This document shows positions 54,056 to 64,000 of a DNA stretch of 64,000 bases, one piece after another. The stretch comes from an uncultured bacterium. Its GTDB lineage: Bacteria > Armatimonadota > Abditibacteriia > Abditibacteriales > Abditibacteriaceae. The stretch's first letter is position 1. Every line of letters begins with the position of its first letter. Below the pieces are notes generated by a model, which saw only the letters and a program-made list of their open reading frames with translations, had not been told where the DNA came from and made no database searches. The position numbers and the translations under genes are program-made. The DNA lies in assembly GCA_963843795.1 (NCBI GenBank), contig CAWJLW010000006.1, positions 1,922,001 through 1,986,000 of the forward strand, written 5' to 3'.

Positions 54056-55744
54056 ATGTCTCAATTCCAGTTTGCCGACGAAAAACCCAAAGACACACCC
54101 GAAACCGTTGCAGAACCGGCTTCGAAAGAACCCGCCGAGGCATCTGCACAGCCTTCGGTCGAGGAAGCCGGCGGCGCGGCACCTGCCACTTTCAACTTCG
54201 CCGATGTCATCGAAGAACCCAAAACGCCCTCTCTCAGCGCGTCAGCGAAAAGCGTGTCGCCGCCACAAACAACTGCGGACACGCCTAAAACGCCTTTGGA
54301 ACCGACGGTCGCAGGCGCGCCGGAATCCGCGGCGGCTCAATTAACTCCCAGCGGGCAGAAAGTGCAGAACACAGCAGTTCGTCATCCGCCCGCGCCCGCC
54401 ATTCCACAAAATGCCAATACGCCCGCAGCGAGAAAAGCGCCTCAGAAGGCAGAGCCGCAAGCGCCCACACCACCACCCGTCGCGACCAAAGCCAATGCGC
54501 CAGTCGCACCGGTTGCATCAGGCGCGACGCCGGTTGCGCCCAAAGCACCGCAGTCCACGCGACCGCATGGCGGCACGCCGGGCATGATGCAGCCCAAAAA
54601 TAATGATGTGATCATGCTGGAATCGAAAACGACATGGGACGACATTTATCTCAAAATCGAGCCGGTCGTTTTCTGGGTGTTTCGCATGGGTTCGATTGTT
54701 ACAGCGTTATCCCTGCTTTATTTGTTGTTCGCAATCTTCAGCGGCGGAGCGGGCGCGCCCGTCACCAATGACCCGGGTTCAGCCGAAGCCGCCGCGAAAT
54801 TTGCGGGCGATATCAACACGGTTTCGCGCGTATTTCAAGTTTCGTTTCTGTTGACGATGTTCGCGATGGGCTTGATGCTGCTGGAAGAAAAATGGGTCGG
54901 CGCTGCGTTGGCCGTCGCGGGCGTCGTAATGGCCTTCGCCGTCCCTATTGGCCTAAAAGGCGTTGGCGAAACGCCCGCCATGTCGTTGCTGTCTTCGCAT
55001 ATGCGCCAGACCGGCTTCACGCTGCTCCTTATCGGACTGGTGAAATACGGCTTCGATTTGTATCGTTGGTTCGCCGAACTGCCTGAACGCGCCAAAGCCA
55101 AAGCTACAGTCGGCAACAAGTACAAGGCCGAACCGGCGCAGGCGCGCATTGCGGAAAAAGCCAACATGATGTCGCCCTGTTGGAAACTGCCGTTTTGCCG
55201 CGAAGTCATTCGCAACCAGTGTCCGGCATTTTTGGCCAAAAAACGCTGCTGGAAGTTCGGGCGCGGCTGCTATTGCGATGAAGAAATGGTGGCACGCATC
55301 ATTCGCGGCGAATCGCTCGATAAAATCAAAGCGCCCACGCGTCAGTCTCAGGCGGGCAAACCGCCGTGCGGCGGCTGCCACATTTACCTGGAACATCAAT
55401 CGCTGAAATATAAAATGCTTTCGCCAATGGCCGTTCCAGTGACTGCCCTCGCTGGCTATTTGCTGTGGAAGCCGTATTCAGTAATCTTCAATGCCGGTGC
55501 CGACCGCTTGGATTCGCTGTGGGCGCGCATGTCATTCAGCCCGGAATCGCTAGCCCCCAGCGCCATTGCCACCGATCCATCGAACCAGAACACAGCCGAT
55601 GTTGCTAAAGACGCTTTCGGTTCGATGACACCCGACCAAATGCAAAGCTGGGCTTTGGTAATGTTCGGTGTTATTCTGGGCTTCTTCTTGCTGATTTATG
55701 TTTCCAAGGCCATCGAAGCGGCAATTTATCGCTTGGGTTGGTGA
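54056..55744 (+). CDS. Hypothetical membrane protein with Pro/Ala-rich N-terminus and 8-Cys (two-CW-like) domain
   Basis: Low-complexity ~180 aa; ~6 TM helices; PCWKLPFC...QCPAF...RCWKFGRGCYC...CGGC. Confidence 0.8.
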   Translation: MSQFQFADEKPKDTPETVAEPASKEPAEASAQPSVEEAGGAAPATFNFADVIEEPKTPSLSASAKSVSPPQTTADTPKTPLEPTVAGAPESAAAQLTPSGQKVQNTAVRHPPAPAIPQNANTPAARKAPQKAEPQAPTPPPVATKANAPVAPVASGATPVAPKAPQSTRPHGGTPGMMQPKNNDVIMLESKTTWDDIYLKIEPVVFWVFRMGSIVTALSLLYLLFAIFSGGAGAPVTNDPGSAEAAAKFAGDINTVSRVFQVSFLLTMFAMGLMLLEEKWVGAALAVAGVVMAFAVPIGLKGVGETPAMSLLSSHMRQTGFTLLLIGLVKYGFDLYRWFAELPERAKAKATVGNKYKAEPAQARIAEKANMMSPCWKLPFCREVIRNQCPAFLAKKRCWKFGRGCYCDEEMVARIIRGESLDKIKAPTRQSQAGKPPCGGCHIYLEHQSLKYKMLSPMAVPVTALAGYLLWKPYSVIFNAGADRLDSLWARMSFSPESLAPSAIATDPSNQNTADVAKDAFGSMTPDQMQSWALVMFGVILGFFLLIYVSKAIEAAIYRLGW

Positions 55745-55763
55745 AACCAAAACTTTGCTATCA

Positions 55764-55797
55764 AAAATGGCTCTGCAAGTACTTGCAGAGCCATTTT
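55764..55797. repeat. 34-bp perfect palindrome centred on the motif
   Basis: AAAATGGCTCTGCAAGT|ACTTGCAGAGCCATTTT. Confidence 0.95.
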
Positions 55798-55836
55798 GCT
55801 TTTCTCGACCTTAATTTCCAACAAAATTTTCCCTTG

Positions 55837-57009
55837 ATGTCACTTTCATCCTTTCCATTCTTCACGCGCACCATTTCACTTTTATGCGCCGCTTTGACTT
55901 TAAACGTCTTCCAAACGGCTTTCGCCCAGAACAGCCACAACGTGCCGCGCACTGTAGATGTCACAGAATTTGGCGCACTGGGCGATGGCAAAGCCGATGA
56001 CACCGTTGCTTTACAGCGCGCTTTGGATTCGCTCCAAAATGGAGCCACCTTAGTCATTCCCGCAGGAAAAATCTATCGCCACAGCGATGTTCTCACGATT
56101 CGCCACGCGGGCGTGCATCTGCGCGGGCCGGGAACGTTGCTAGCGACCGAGGAAGCCAAATCGGCGCTGACGATTGAAGCTGACAACGTTCTTATTGACG
56201 GCGGTCTGGAACTGAAAATTAATCAAACCACGCGGCGTTGGGATGCACCCGCTCAGAATAAATTGAACTTGATGAACTCCAGTGGAGCAATTGTGCGTGG
56301 AGTTTCAATTGATGGCTCGGCAGCGGCGGGCATTTTTGCTTTCGGCGCATCGAATTATCTAATTGAAGACGTAACGGTTAAAAATACGCGTGCCGACGGC
56401 ATTCACAACACTCACGGTTCGCATCACGGCACAATTCGCCGCGCACATGTGCGAAACGTCGGCGACGACGGCATTGCCATCGTTTCTTATGGTCAAGACA
56501 AAGAATGGTGCCACGATATCGAGATCGATTCTCCGCGCTTCTACGGCAATATGTGGGGGCGCGGCTTCACGGTCGTGGGCGGCGAAGATATCACATGGCG
56601 CGACATTTATGCCGAAAGTTCCAACGCGGCGGCCTTGTATATTGCTGTTGAAGGCGAGCCGTGGAACACGCATCCGACCAAGCGCGTGAAGGTTTTGGGC
56701 GGCGAATTAAAAAACTCCAATCTCAGTGCGACTGTCGATCATGGCGCCCTTTTGATTTACAATGCGCGCCCCAATTACGCCATCGAAGACGTGCTGATTG
56801 AAAACCTGAAAATTACCGATACCAACCCGAAAGCGTCGCGCCAAATCGGAATTTTAGTTGGCAATAGCGGCGGGGTAAAAAACGTGCAGTTGAAAAATTT
56901 CACCATCGCAAATGGCCCGACCAATCTTTTCGTTTCTGATGCGTCCAAAGAAAATTTCAGCACCAACAATTGGACTTTTAACGGTGCAGAAAAGTCGGTT
57001 AGAAAATAA
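55837..57009 (+). CDS. Secreted right-handed beta-helix (pectate lyase superfamily) protein
   Basis: Signal peptide; VTEFGALGDGKADDTVALQRA; ADGIH, GDDGIA repeats. Confidence 0.88.
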   Translation: MSLSSFPFFTRTISLLCAALTLNVFQTAFAQNSHNVPRTVDVTEFGALGDGKADDTVALQRALDSLQNGATLVIPAGKIYRHSDVLTIRHAGVHLRGPGTLLATEEAKSALTIEADNVLIDGGLELKINQTTRRWDAPAQNKLNLMNSSGAIVRGVSIDGSAAAGIFAFGASNYLIEDVTVKNTRADGIHNTHGSHHGTIRRAHVRNVGDDGIAIVSYGQDKEWCHDIEIDSPRFYGNMWGRGFTVVGGEDITWRDIYAESSNAAALYIAVEGEPWNTHPTKRVKVLGGELKNSNLSATVDHGALLIYNARPNYAIEDVLIENLKITDTNPKASRQIGILVGNSGGVKNVQLKNFTIANGPTNLFVSDASKENFSTNNWTFNGAEKSVRK

Positions 57010-57091
57010 AAAATACCCTTGCAAGTACTTGCGCTGTGGTTTAAAATGAAATGTCGCTCATCGTGCACATTTTCGAAGGTGAGCAACAAAT

Positions 57092-57169
57092 GGCGAATGT
57101 AGCTCAGTTGGTTAGAGCGCGGGATTGTGGTTCCCGAGGTCGTGGGTTCGATCCCCATCATTCGCCCCA
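57092..57169 (+). tRNA. tRNA-His(GTG)
   Basis: G-1, acceptor stem GCGAATG/CATTCGC, anticodon stem CGGGA-TTGTGGT-TCCCG, GTTCGA T-loop, C73, encoded CCA. Confidence 0.96.
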
Positions 57170-57173
57170 AATC

Positions 57174-57215
57174 AAAACGCCCATCTTGAATCAAAATTTC
57201 GAGATGGGCGTTTTT
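57174..57215 (+). terminator. Intrinsic terminator after tRNA-His
   Basis: AAAACGCCCATCT...AGATGGGCGTTTTT. Confidence 0.8.
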
Positions 57216-57305
57216 GCTAGCAGTTTTTAACGCTTTCCCAGCGTAATCTGAGCGCGCATGTGCAGATTACGCTAAAATGTGGCGCGCGTTTTTCAATTCC
57301 ACATC

Positions 57306-58832
57306 ATGGCACTTTCTACTCTCCATCCGTCCGCCGAACGCCACACCACAGCGCCCAATAGCGAATCGCTCAAGATTCTTTTTGTGGCTTCAGAATGTGC
57401 ACCTTTGGCCAAAAGCGGCGGCTTGGGTGATGTCGTCGCGGGGTTGTCCAAAGCGCTGCGTACGCTTGGTCATGATGCGCGCATTGTGCTTCCACTTTAC
57501 AGTTCTATCGACCGCGAACGCTTCGGTATCAGCTTTCAAAGTACTTCATGCGTCCACATGGGCGCGGGAGAAGAACAATGGGTCGGAATTTTTAAAACGA
57601 CGCTCGACGGCGTGCCAGTCTGGCTAATCGAGTGCGATAAATTTTTCGCCCGCCCCGGTTTATACGATGGCGAGGGGGGCGAATATCTTGACAACGCTTA
57701 CCGTTTCGGTTTACTGTCCAAAGCCGCGTTGCAGGTGTGTAAAGATCGCGCGTGGTTTCCCGACGTGGCGCATTTGCATGATTGGATGACCGCGCCCACT
57801 GCAGCATTTTTGAAGACGTGGGATCGTTTTTTATCACCGCTTTCGCAAACCGGCAGCGTATTGACGATTCACAACATCGGTTATCAGGGCACATATTCGC
57901 CCGATGTTTTGAAATATTACGGCATGAGCGGCGAACTTTTCGCGCCCGATATCTTCGAGGCGCACGGGCAGGTCAATCTGCTCAAAGCGGGCATTCATTT
58001 CGCCGACGCCATCACTACAGTTTCGCCCACCCACGCGCGTGAAATTCTCACACCCGCTGGCGGACAAGGCTTGGCGCCCTATTTATCGAACCGATCAAAC
58101 GATGTTTTCGGCATTTTGAACGGCGCCGATTACGATTTGTGGAGTCCCGAAAGCGACAAATTAATCCCTGCCAATTATTCGGCCCAAGATTTGAGTGGCA
58201 AAGCCGAATGCAAACGTGAATTGCAGCGTCGTTTCGGTTTAGAAGAGCGAGACGACTTACCAATTGTTGGCGTCGTATCGCGCTTTGCTTCGCAGAAAGG
58301 TTTCGACCTGATTATGGAAATGCTGCCGCGCGCCTTGGACGAAATGGCAATGCAGTTCGTCGTACTGGGCACTGGCGATAACTACACCGAAGAATTTTTC
58401 CACTGGATGCTTCACACCAAGCGCAATGCGGGCGGCTTTATCGGCTTCTCGAACGAACTGAGCCATCTTATCGAAGCGGGCAGCGACTTTTTCCTGATGC
58501 CTTCGCTTTACGAACCCTGCGGTTTGAATCAGATTTATTCGCTGAAATACGGCACGCTGCCTATCGTGCACGCAACTGGCGGACTGGATGACACCGTCGA
58601 AAATTACGATGAAAACAGTGGCAGCGGGACGGGTTTCAAATTTTGGGATAACAATGCTGCTTCGCTGTACTACACGTTAGGCTGGGCAATTTCGACGTGG
58701 TGGGACAGACCTCAACATTACCAGCAGTTGCAGCAGAACGCGATGGCGCAGCATTTTTCGTGGGACGCCGCCGCGCCCAACTATCTGCCAGTTTATCGGC
58801 ACGCGATGGAAAACCGACGCAAGCATTTATAA
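57306..58832 (+). CDS. glgA: Glycogen synthase
   Basis: KSGGLGDV, HLHDW, TIHNIGYQG, PSLYEPCGLNQ. Confidence 0.95.
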   Translation: MALSTLHPSAERHTTAPNSESLKILFVASECAPLAKSGGLGDVVAGLSKALRTLGHDARIVLPLYSSIDRERFGISFQSTSCVHMGAGEEQWVGIFKTTLDGVPVWLIECDKFFARPGLYDGEGGEYLDNAYRFGLLSKAALQVCKDRAWFPDVAHLHDWMTAPTAAFLKTWDRFLSPLSQTGSVLTIHNIGYQGTYSPDVLKYYGMSGELFAPDIFEAHGQVNLLKAGIHFADAITTVSPTHAREILTPAGGQGLAPYLSNRSNDVFGILNGADYDLWSPESDKLIPANYSAQDLSGKAECKRELQRRFGLEERDDLPIVGVVSRFASQKGFDLIMEMLPRALDEMAMQFVVLGTGDNYTEEFFHWMLHTKRNAGGFIGFSNELSHLIEAGSDFFLMPSLYEPCGLNQIYSLKYGTLPIVHATGGLDDTVENYDENSGSGTGFKFWDNNAASLYYTLGWAISTWWDRPQHYQQLQQNAMAQHFSWDAAAPNYLPVYRHAMENRRKHL

Positions 58833-58910
58833 AAAATTGCGCGTGGCAAGTTCATATGCAAGTACTTGCGCAAGAACTTGCCACGTATAATTGAACAAGG
58901 CGACAAAGGA

Positions 58911-59945
58911 ATGAACGTGACACAAGATAGTGAAGTAAAAGTGCAAGACAAAACTATAACAACGCAGCCCGATTTTTGGCGCGACCGTCCGGTTTTCGTG
59001 ACCGGCGCGACCGGTCTGGTCGGTTCTTGGCTGGTGCATCGTTTGCGTGATGCGGGTGCAGACGTAGTCTGTCTGGTGCGCGACTGGGTGCCGCAGAGCG
59101 CTTTGGTGCGCGACGGACAATTACTGGATGTGAAAGTCGTACACGGCGATTTGCAAGACAGCGCTCTGCTCGAACGCGCGCTGGGTGAATACGAAATCGC
59201 GACGGTTTTTCATCTGGGCGCACAAACTATCGTCACGACAGCCAACCGCAATCCTGTTCCCACGTTTGAAGCCAATATCGGCGGCACATGGACGCTTTTG
59301 GAAGCCTGCCGCCGCTGCCAGACTGTTGAGCAAATCGTCGTCGCTTCATCCGATAAAGCCTACGGCGCCAGCGATACGCTGCCTTACGATGAAAATACGC
59401 CGCTGCGCGGCCAGCATCCTTACGACGTGTCGAAATCTTGCACCGATTTAATTTCGCAAACCTACGCGCATTCTTACGATATGCCAGTTTCGATCACGCG
59501 TTGCGGCAACTTTTATGGCGGCGGCGATTTGAACTGGAATCGCATCGTGCCAGGTACAATTCGTTCGGCCCTGCGCGGTCAGGCTCCGGTGATTCGTTCT
59601 GACGGACAGTTTGTGCGCGATTATTTTTATGTCGAAGATGGCGCGGCGGCTTATATGCTTTTAGCCGAAAAGCTCAAAGATGATCCGAGCTTGAACGGGC
59701 AAGCTTTCAACTTTTCCAACGAAGTGCAAATTACAGTTCTGGAACTTGTCGAGCACATTTTAAAGGCGATGGATTCCAATTTGAAGCCCGAAGTTTTAAA
59801 CCAGGCTTCCAACGAAATTCGCCACCAGTATCTCAGCGCCGAAAAGGCGCGCACCGAATTGGACTGGGCACCACTTTTCACGCTCGATGAGGGCCTGAAA
59901 CGCACCATCGCGTGGTATCGCGATTTCCTGGAAAACAAAAGTTAA
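58911..59945 (+). CDS. NDP-sugar 4,6-dehydratase (CDP-glucose 4,6-dehydratase-like extended SDR)
   Basis: [30 protein letters not shown]. Confidence 0.9.
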   Translation: MNVTQDSEVKVQDKTITTQPDFWRDRPVFVTGATGLVGSWLVHRLRDAGADVVCLVRDWVPQSALVRDGQLLDVKVVHGDLQDSALLERALGEYEIATVFHLGAQTIVTTANRNPVPTFEANIGGTWTLLEACRRCQTVEQIVVASSDKAYGASDTLPYDENTPLRGQHPYDVSKSCTDLISQTYAHSYDMPVSITRCGNFYGGGDLNWNRIVPGTIRSALRGQAPVIRSDGQFVRDYFYVEDGAAAYMLLAEKLKDDPSLNGQAFNFSNEVQITVLELVEHILKAMDSNLKPEVLNQASNEIRHQYLSAEKARTELDWAPLFTLDEGLKRTIAWYRDFLENKS

Positions 59946-59947
59946 AA

Positions 59948-60024
59948 CAACCGAAATATGAAAGTCAAAAAGGCGTGCTGCAAGTAACTTGCAGCACGCC
60001 TTTTTGACTTTCATATTTCGGTTG
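59948..60024. repeat. 77-bp palindrome (38-bp perfect arms, 1-nt centre) around TGCAAGTAACTTGCA
   Basis: CAACCGAAATATGAAAGTCAAAAAGGCGTGCTGCAAGT-A-ACTTGCAGCACGCCTTTTTGACTTTCATATTTCGGTTG. Confidence 0.95.
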
Positions 60025-60028
60025 CGTT

Positions 60029-60385
60029 TCACTTGCCAGTCACACGCTGTTTCCATTCATCGACATCTTCGAACACCACGCGAATGCGATTGGTGCGATC
60101 ATCGCTGGGATAAACCGCATTAACTTTCAGCATCGCTTCGTTAGGTGGTGTGGCGCACAACACGCGAATCATCACTTGTTTGGCAGCAGTTTTCGGATAC
60201 TCCTGCGCGAATTCTGCGCTTAAAACGAAATTCACATACGCCGATAATTTATCGACCAACATATTGAAGCGCGTCGCTTCATCTTGAATCGAACCGGCGT
60301 CGATAATCATTAAGTCGAGGCCGTTGGGCGTGCCGTCCAGCGACTTGGTCATCATGTCTATCGTTTCAGTATTTTCAATTCCCAT
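60029..60385 (-). CDS. Hypothetical protein, DUF6572-like
   Basis: MGIENTETID...LVDKLSAYVNFV...EYP pattern recalled for that family; RBS GGTAG. Confidence 0.6.
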   Translation of the reverse strand: MGIENTETIDMMTKSLDGTPNGLDLMIIDAGSIQDEATRFNMLVDKLSAYVNFVLSAEFAQEYPKTAAKQVMIRVLCATPPNEAMLKVNAVYPSDDRTNRIRVVFEDVDEWKQRVTGK

Positions 60386-60511
60386 CTTCTACCTATCCAA
60401 TCAAAATCAACCGCCAAGAGCGTGAAGTATTTTCCCGAATTCTCTCTGCAAGTACTTGCAAGGAAACTTTTCAAAATGCACGTTGCGCCTTTTGCGGTAA
60501 ATTATGAGTTT

Positions 60512-62104
60512 TTATCGTAAATCGACTTGGCGCGCGCCGAACAAATCGGCCTGCGCGTTCAATTTGTCCAACACATCTTGGCCAACGGGTTCTTCCAGCG
60601 AAATTACCATGACGGCGCGTTCGCCAACTTGCTTGCGGCCCACTTCCATCGCGCCGATATTGATGCCGCTTTGCCCCAAAATCGTGCCGACGACGCCGAT
60701 CATGCCGGGTTTGTCGGTGTTGGGCAGAATGAGCAACGTGCCGCACGGAGCGACATCGACGCGCAAGCCTTGAATGCCGACAATGTGCGCTTCGCGGCCG
60801 TTGAAAATCGTGCCCTCAATCGAGCGCACGCGCTGATGTCCGTTATCGTTGCGCGTGACGCGGGTTTCGATCAGGTTCGCGTAATTGCCGCTCTTGTTCT
60901 GCTTGGCTTCCTTGATTTCGATGCCGCGCGATTGCGCCAATTGCGGCGCGTTTACATAACTCACGGTCTGCTCGAACGCGCCTTGGAGCAAACCTTTCAA
61001 GAACACGCGTGTCAAAGCTGACGTATCGTGCGCGTCCAGTTCGCCGCAGTAATTCAATTCGATGGCTTCGATGCGGCCATCGGCAATCTGCGCTTGCATG
61101 CGGCCCAATTTTTCGGCGAGCGGCAAATACGGCGTGAGAAATTCTTTGGTTTCGGGAGGTAGAGGCGGCAAATTAACCGCGCTTTGCGGCGGGCGACCGG
61201 CTAAAACCTCGACGATTTGACGCGCGACATCAACTGCGACTTCGACTTGCGCTTCTTCGGTTGAAGCACCCAGATGCGGCGTTAAAATCACATTCGGCAA
61301 CCCCAGAAGCGGCGAATCGGTCGGAGGTTCGGTCTCGTAAACGTCCAAACCGGCACCGCCCAATTTGCCCGAACGCAGAGCTTCGTATAAAGCCATTTCG
61401 TCGATGATTCCACCACGCGAGCAGTTGAGAATCATCGCGCCGCCTTTCATTTTCTGAATCGATTCGCGGCTAATCAAATGGCGCGTTTCGGGCGTGAGGG
61501 GCGTGTGCAACGTCACGAAATCGCTGTGGAGAAGCACGTGTTCAATGCTGCCAGCCTCGATTTGCAACTGATTGGCGCGTGCGGAAGTCAAAAACGGATC
61601 GTAGCCAATAACTTTCATGCCAAAGCTCTGCGCGCGCTTGGCGACTTCAACGCCGATGCGACCGACGCCGATAACGCCCAGCGTTTTGCCGTAAAGCTGC
61701 GAACCGAGAAATTTCGAGCGCTGCCATTCGCCTGCAGCAACACTGCTATGCGCGGGCAAAAGCTTGCGCACCAAAGCTAGCATCATGCCCAGAGTCAGTT
61801 CAGCTACCGCGACCGTATTGCCCGCAGGAGAATTAACCACGATGACACCGCGTTCGGTCGCAGCTTCGACATCGATGTTATCGACCCCAACACCAGCGCG
61901 CCCGACGATTTGCAGCTTGCTGGCGGCTTCAAGCACGGAGCGCGTGATTTTGGTTTGCGAGCGCACCATGATAGCATCAAAGCGCGCCGCGCGCGCGATA
62001 AGTTCGGCTTCTTTCAATCCGGTTTCGACCACGACGTTTCCGGCGCGACGCAAAATTTCCAGACCTTCGCCAGCGATGGGATCGCAAATGAGAATTTCAG
62101 GCAT
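60512..62104 (-). CDS. serA: D-3-phosphoglycerate dehydrogenase (long form, ACT domain)
   Basis: GRAGVGVDNID, GVGRIG, TPHLGAST, DKPGMIG. Confidence 0.96.
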   Translation of the reverse strand: MPEILICDPIAGEGLEILRRAGNVVVETGLKEAELIARAARFDAIMVRSQTKITRSVLEAASKLQIVGRAGVGVDNIDVEAATERGVIVVNSPAGNTVAVAELTLGMMLALVRKLLPAHSSVAAGEWQRSKFLGSQLYGKTLGVIGVGRIGVEVAKRAQSFGMKVIGYDPFLTSARANQLQIEAGSIEHVLLHSDFVTLHTPLTPETRHLISRESIQKMKGGAMILNCSRGGIIDEMALYEALRSGKLGGAGLDVYETEPPTDSPLLGLPNVILTPHLGASTEEAQVEVAVDVARQIVEVLAGRPPQSAVNLPPLPPETKEFLTPYLPLAEKLGRMQAQIADGRIEAIELNYCGELDAHDTSALTRVFLKGLLQGAFEQTVSYVNAPQLAQSRGIEIKEAKQNKSGNYANLIETRVTRNDNGHQRVRSIEGTIFNGREAHIVGIQGLRVDVAPCGTLLILPNTDKPGMIGVVGTILGQSGINIGAMEVGRKQVGERAVMVISLEEPVGQDVLDKLNAQADLFGARQVDLR

Positions 62105-62215
62105 GATAAAAAGTTTGACTGCTCCAAATTTTGAAATACTATGAGTTGTTATTGAATTTATTGAATCGCCCGCAGTTTAGCCAATTCTGACGCTGCGTTT
62201 AGCCCTTAAATCATC

Positions 62216-64000
62216 ATGCAAGTACTTGCACCGCGTTTTTCACTCTGCTTTCTGTTACTGCTCTGCACTTTCGCGCGCGCCCAAAACGGGGCGGATAATT
62301 GGCAAAAATTTCTTGCGCCACCAGAGCTATCGCCAACCAACTTTCTTTTCACGGTTCAATCCAATGGCGATCAGGCCGAAGGGCAACTTCTGCTGGGGCA
62401 AGATGGCTCGTGGCAGGTGCAAGTACTTGCTGGGCCAAATCCAGCGCGCGCAATTATCGGCAATGGCAAAGAAACGCGCGTTGTGGATAACGCGACCAAA
62501 CGCGTGCAACGCTTCGATTTCGATGCGCTGAATGAATGGTTTCGGGGCTTCGATGTAGACAACGGCGGGCCGGCGAACGTTTGGCTACGGCCTTCACCGC
62601 AACTGGTCGCGCAAAATTACGATGTAAAAATGAGCAGCGTTGGCGGGCAAACCGTGCTCGATTTGACCGCTAATGCGCGTGGCAGGTACTTGCAGCGCGA
62701 GGGCGTTCTGGTCGGCGGTGCCGGCGGCGGACGTTATTACGCGGCGCGCAAGATTCCGGCTTGGAACCGACCTTATCGCATTCAATTGAAATTTTCGGCT
62801 CCGCAAGTACTTGCCATGCGCACCGATTTCGCGCCCGATAATCGGGTGTTGCAAATGCTGGATTACAGCTACGAAAACGCGCGTCCAAAAACCATCACAG
62901 TGCGCGATGCCGATAAACGTGTGCTGGCGACGTGGAGTTATCAGTGGTCAACACCTGATCCAACCGCACCCCCCGGTTTTGTCCTGCCCGATGCGCCAAT
63001 TATCGAAGAAAACACCCCAGGCGAAAATTTCGCCAATCAGGCGTCGCAGGTGTGGAATCAGGGCGTGATTCAAACGCGACGGGAAGATTGGCGCTCGGCG
63101 TTGGCTTCGTTCGCACGCGCCGGACAACTCGCGCCCGCAGCGTTAGCTGCGCCCAGCGCGCAGTTCGATGCCGCGCTGCAAGTGCGAGATACCGCAGCAA
63201 CTTTGGATGCCTTGGCGCACATCGCGAAAATCGCGGGCGACAGCGATTATGAAACCATTTCGCGTCGCTTGCGCTGGTACAGCTTGCAACGCGATTCAAC
63301 CGCGGCGCGCGCCGATTTAAATGCGCTGGCTGCCGATAAAACGCCACGTTCGCAATGGCTGCGCGCGACGACGTGGCGCACTTTGGGCGACCAAGCCGCT
63401 GCCGTTCAAGCGGCCCGCGAGACTTTGGATAATCCGCAAACGCCAGCTAGTCTCGCTTTCGATGCCGCCGCATTTTTGATTGAAATCGCGCCCGCGACTT
63501 TGGCCGCCGAAATCGAAAAAAATACAACCAACGCTCCCGCGCATCAAATTGCCGCACGTTTACTGCGCAACCAAGTCACACCCTTGAGCGCCGCACAACT
63601 CCAAGAAAATGTCACACATGTACGCGCGCTGGTCTTGGTGGCGCGCACGTTGGAAGCACGCGGAGAGGACACGACAACGGTCTGGCAAAAAATCGTGGAC
63701 ACGGCGACAACTCCGCTGCAACAAATCGCGCAACGCCAATTGATGGCGCTGGCCGCACAGCGCGGTGATGCCCCCGCAAGTCTCACGATTTACACCGATT
63801 TGGCTGGGAATTTGAGCGACAACGATGTGGCGAGTTTGCAAAATTACTTGTTCAACGCGTGGGATAAATCAGGCAACATCGAAAAGCTGCGCGTTTCGAT
63901 GCAGAATCGCGCCATCAGCGTGCGCGCCCCTAGTTCCGACGCGCGTTTGTGGCTGGCTTATCAGCAGCAATACGCAAGCGCGGAGGAAGTTGCCAACAGC
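62216..64000 (+). CDS. Secreted protein with TPR-like helical repeats (3' truncated; absent from ORF track)
   Basis: Manual translation from ATG 62216: MQVLAPRFSLCFLLLLCTFARA-QNG..., WNQGVIQTRREDWRSALASFARAGQLAP; no stop seen before the window end. Confidence 0.75.
   Translation, partial: MQVLAPRFSLCFLLLLCTFARAQNGADNWQKFLAPPELSPTNFLFTVQSNGDQAEGQLLLGQDGSWQVQVLAGPNPARAIIGNGKETRVVDNATKRVQRFDFDALNEWFRGFDVDNGGPANVWLRPSPQLVAQNYDVKMSSVGGQTVLDLTANARGRYLQREGVLVGGAGGGRYYAARKIPAWNRPYRIQLKFSAPQVLAMRTDFAPDNRVLQMLDYSYENARPKTITVRDADKRVLATWSYQWSTPDPTAPPGFVLPDAPIIEENTPGENFANQASQVWNQGVIQTRREDWRSALASFARAGQLAPAALAAPSAQFDAALQVRDTAATLDALAHIAKIAGDSDYETISRRLRWYSLQRDSTAARADLNALAADKTPRSQWLRATTWRTLGDQAAAVQAARETLDNPQTPASLAFDAAAFLIEIAPATLAAEIEKNTTNAPAHQIAARLLRNQVTPLSAAQLQENVTHVRALVLVARTLEARGEDTTTVWQKIVDTATTPLQQIAQRQLMALAAQRGDAPASLTIYTDLAGNLSDNDVASLQNYLFNAWDKSGNIEKLRVSMQNRAISVRAPSSDARLWLAYQQQYASAEEVANS

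Noticed and set aside
57092..57215. tRNA-His as an island or prophage attachment site
   Set aside because: No integrase and no duplicated tRNA 3' end seen

Overview
A 64-kb bacterial chromosomal window, most likely Armatimonadota/Abditibacteriota (inferred from the style of the three prepilin-type H-X9-DG proteins; not verified). It holds about 54 CDSs and one tRNA-His. Housekeeping genes include metH, lysS, proC, sepF, yggS, rpsT, rnhA, trpE, ruvB, hisS, glgA and serA. There is also a heat-shock cluster (dnaK-hsp20-dnaJ-hspR-clpB) with HAIR operators, a sulfatase/esterase locus, an osmoprotectant ABC transporter, glycosyltransferases and a CHASE2 sensor kinase. The outstanding signal is a highly iterated palindrome, (T)GCAAGTACTTGC(A). 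By eye I count about 35 exact copies of the 12-bp core and about 15 one-change variants. Copies occur in roughly 30 intergenic gaps, often at the apex of long perfect palindromes whose arms differ from site to site, and inside genes in all three reading frames. A recurring 1-nt insertion at the motif centre frameshifts a sulfatase. Other notable features are an AT-richer cassette behind a 7x17-bp tandem array (CGC thioredoxin-like protein, membrane protein, 8-Cys secreted protein, pilin-like protein), a candidate 6S-like RNA upstream of hisS, and several frameshifts that may be assembly errors. All counts and coordinates were read manually.
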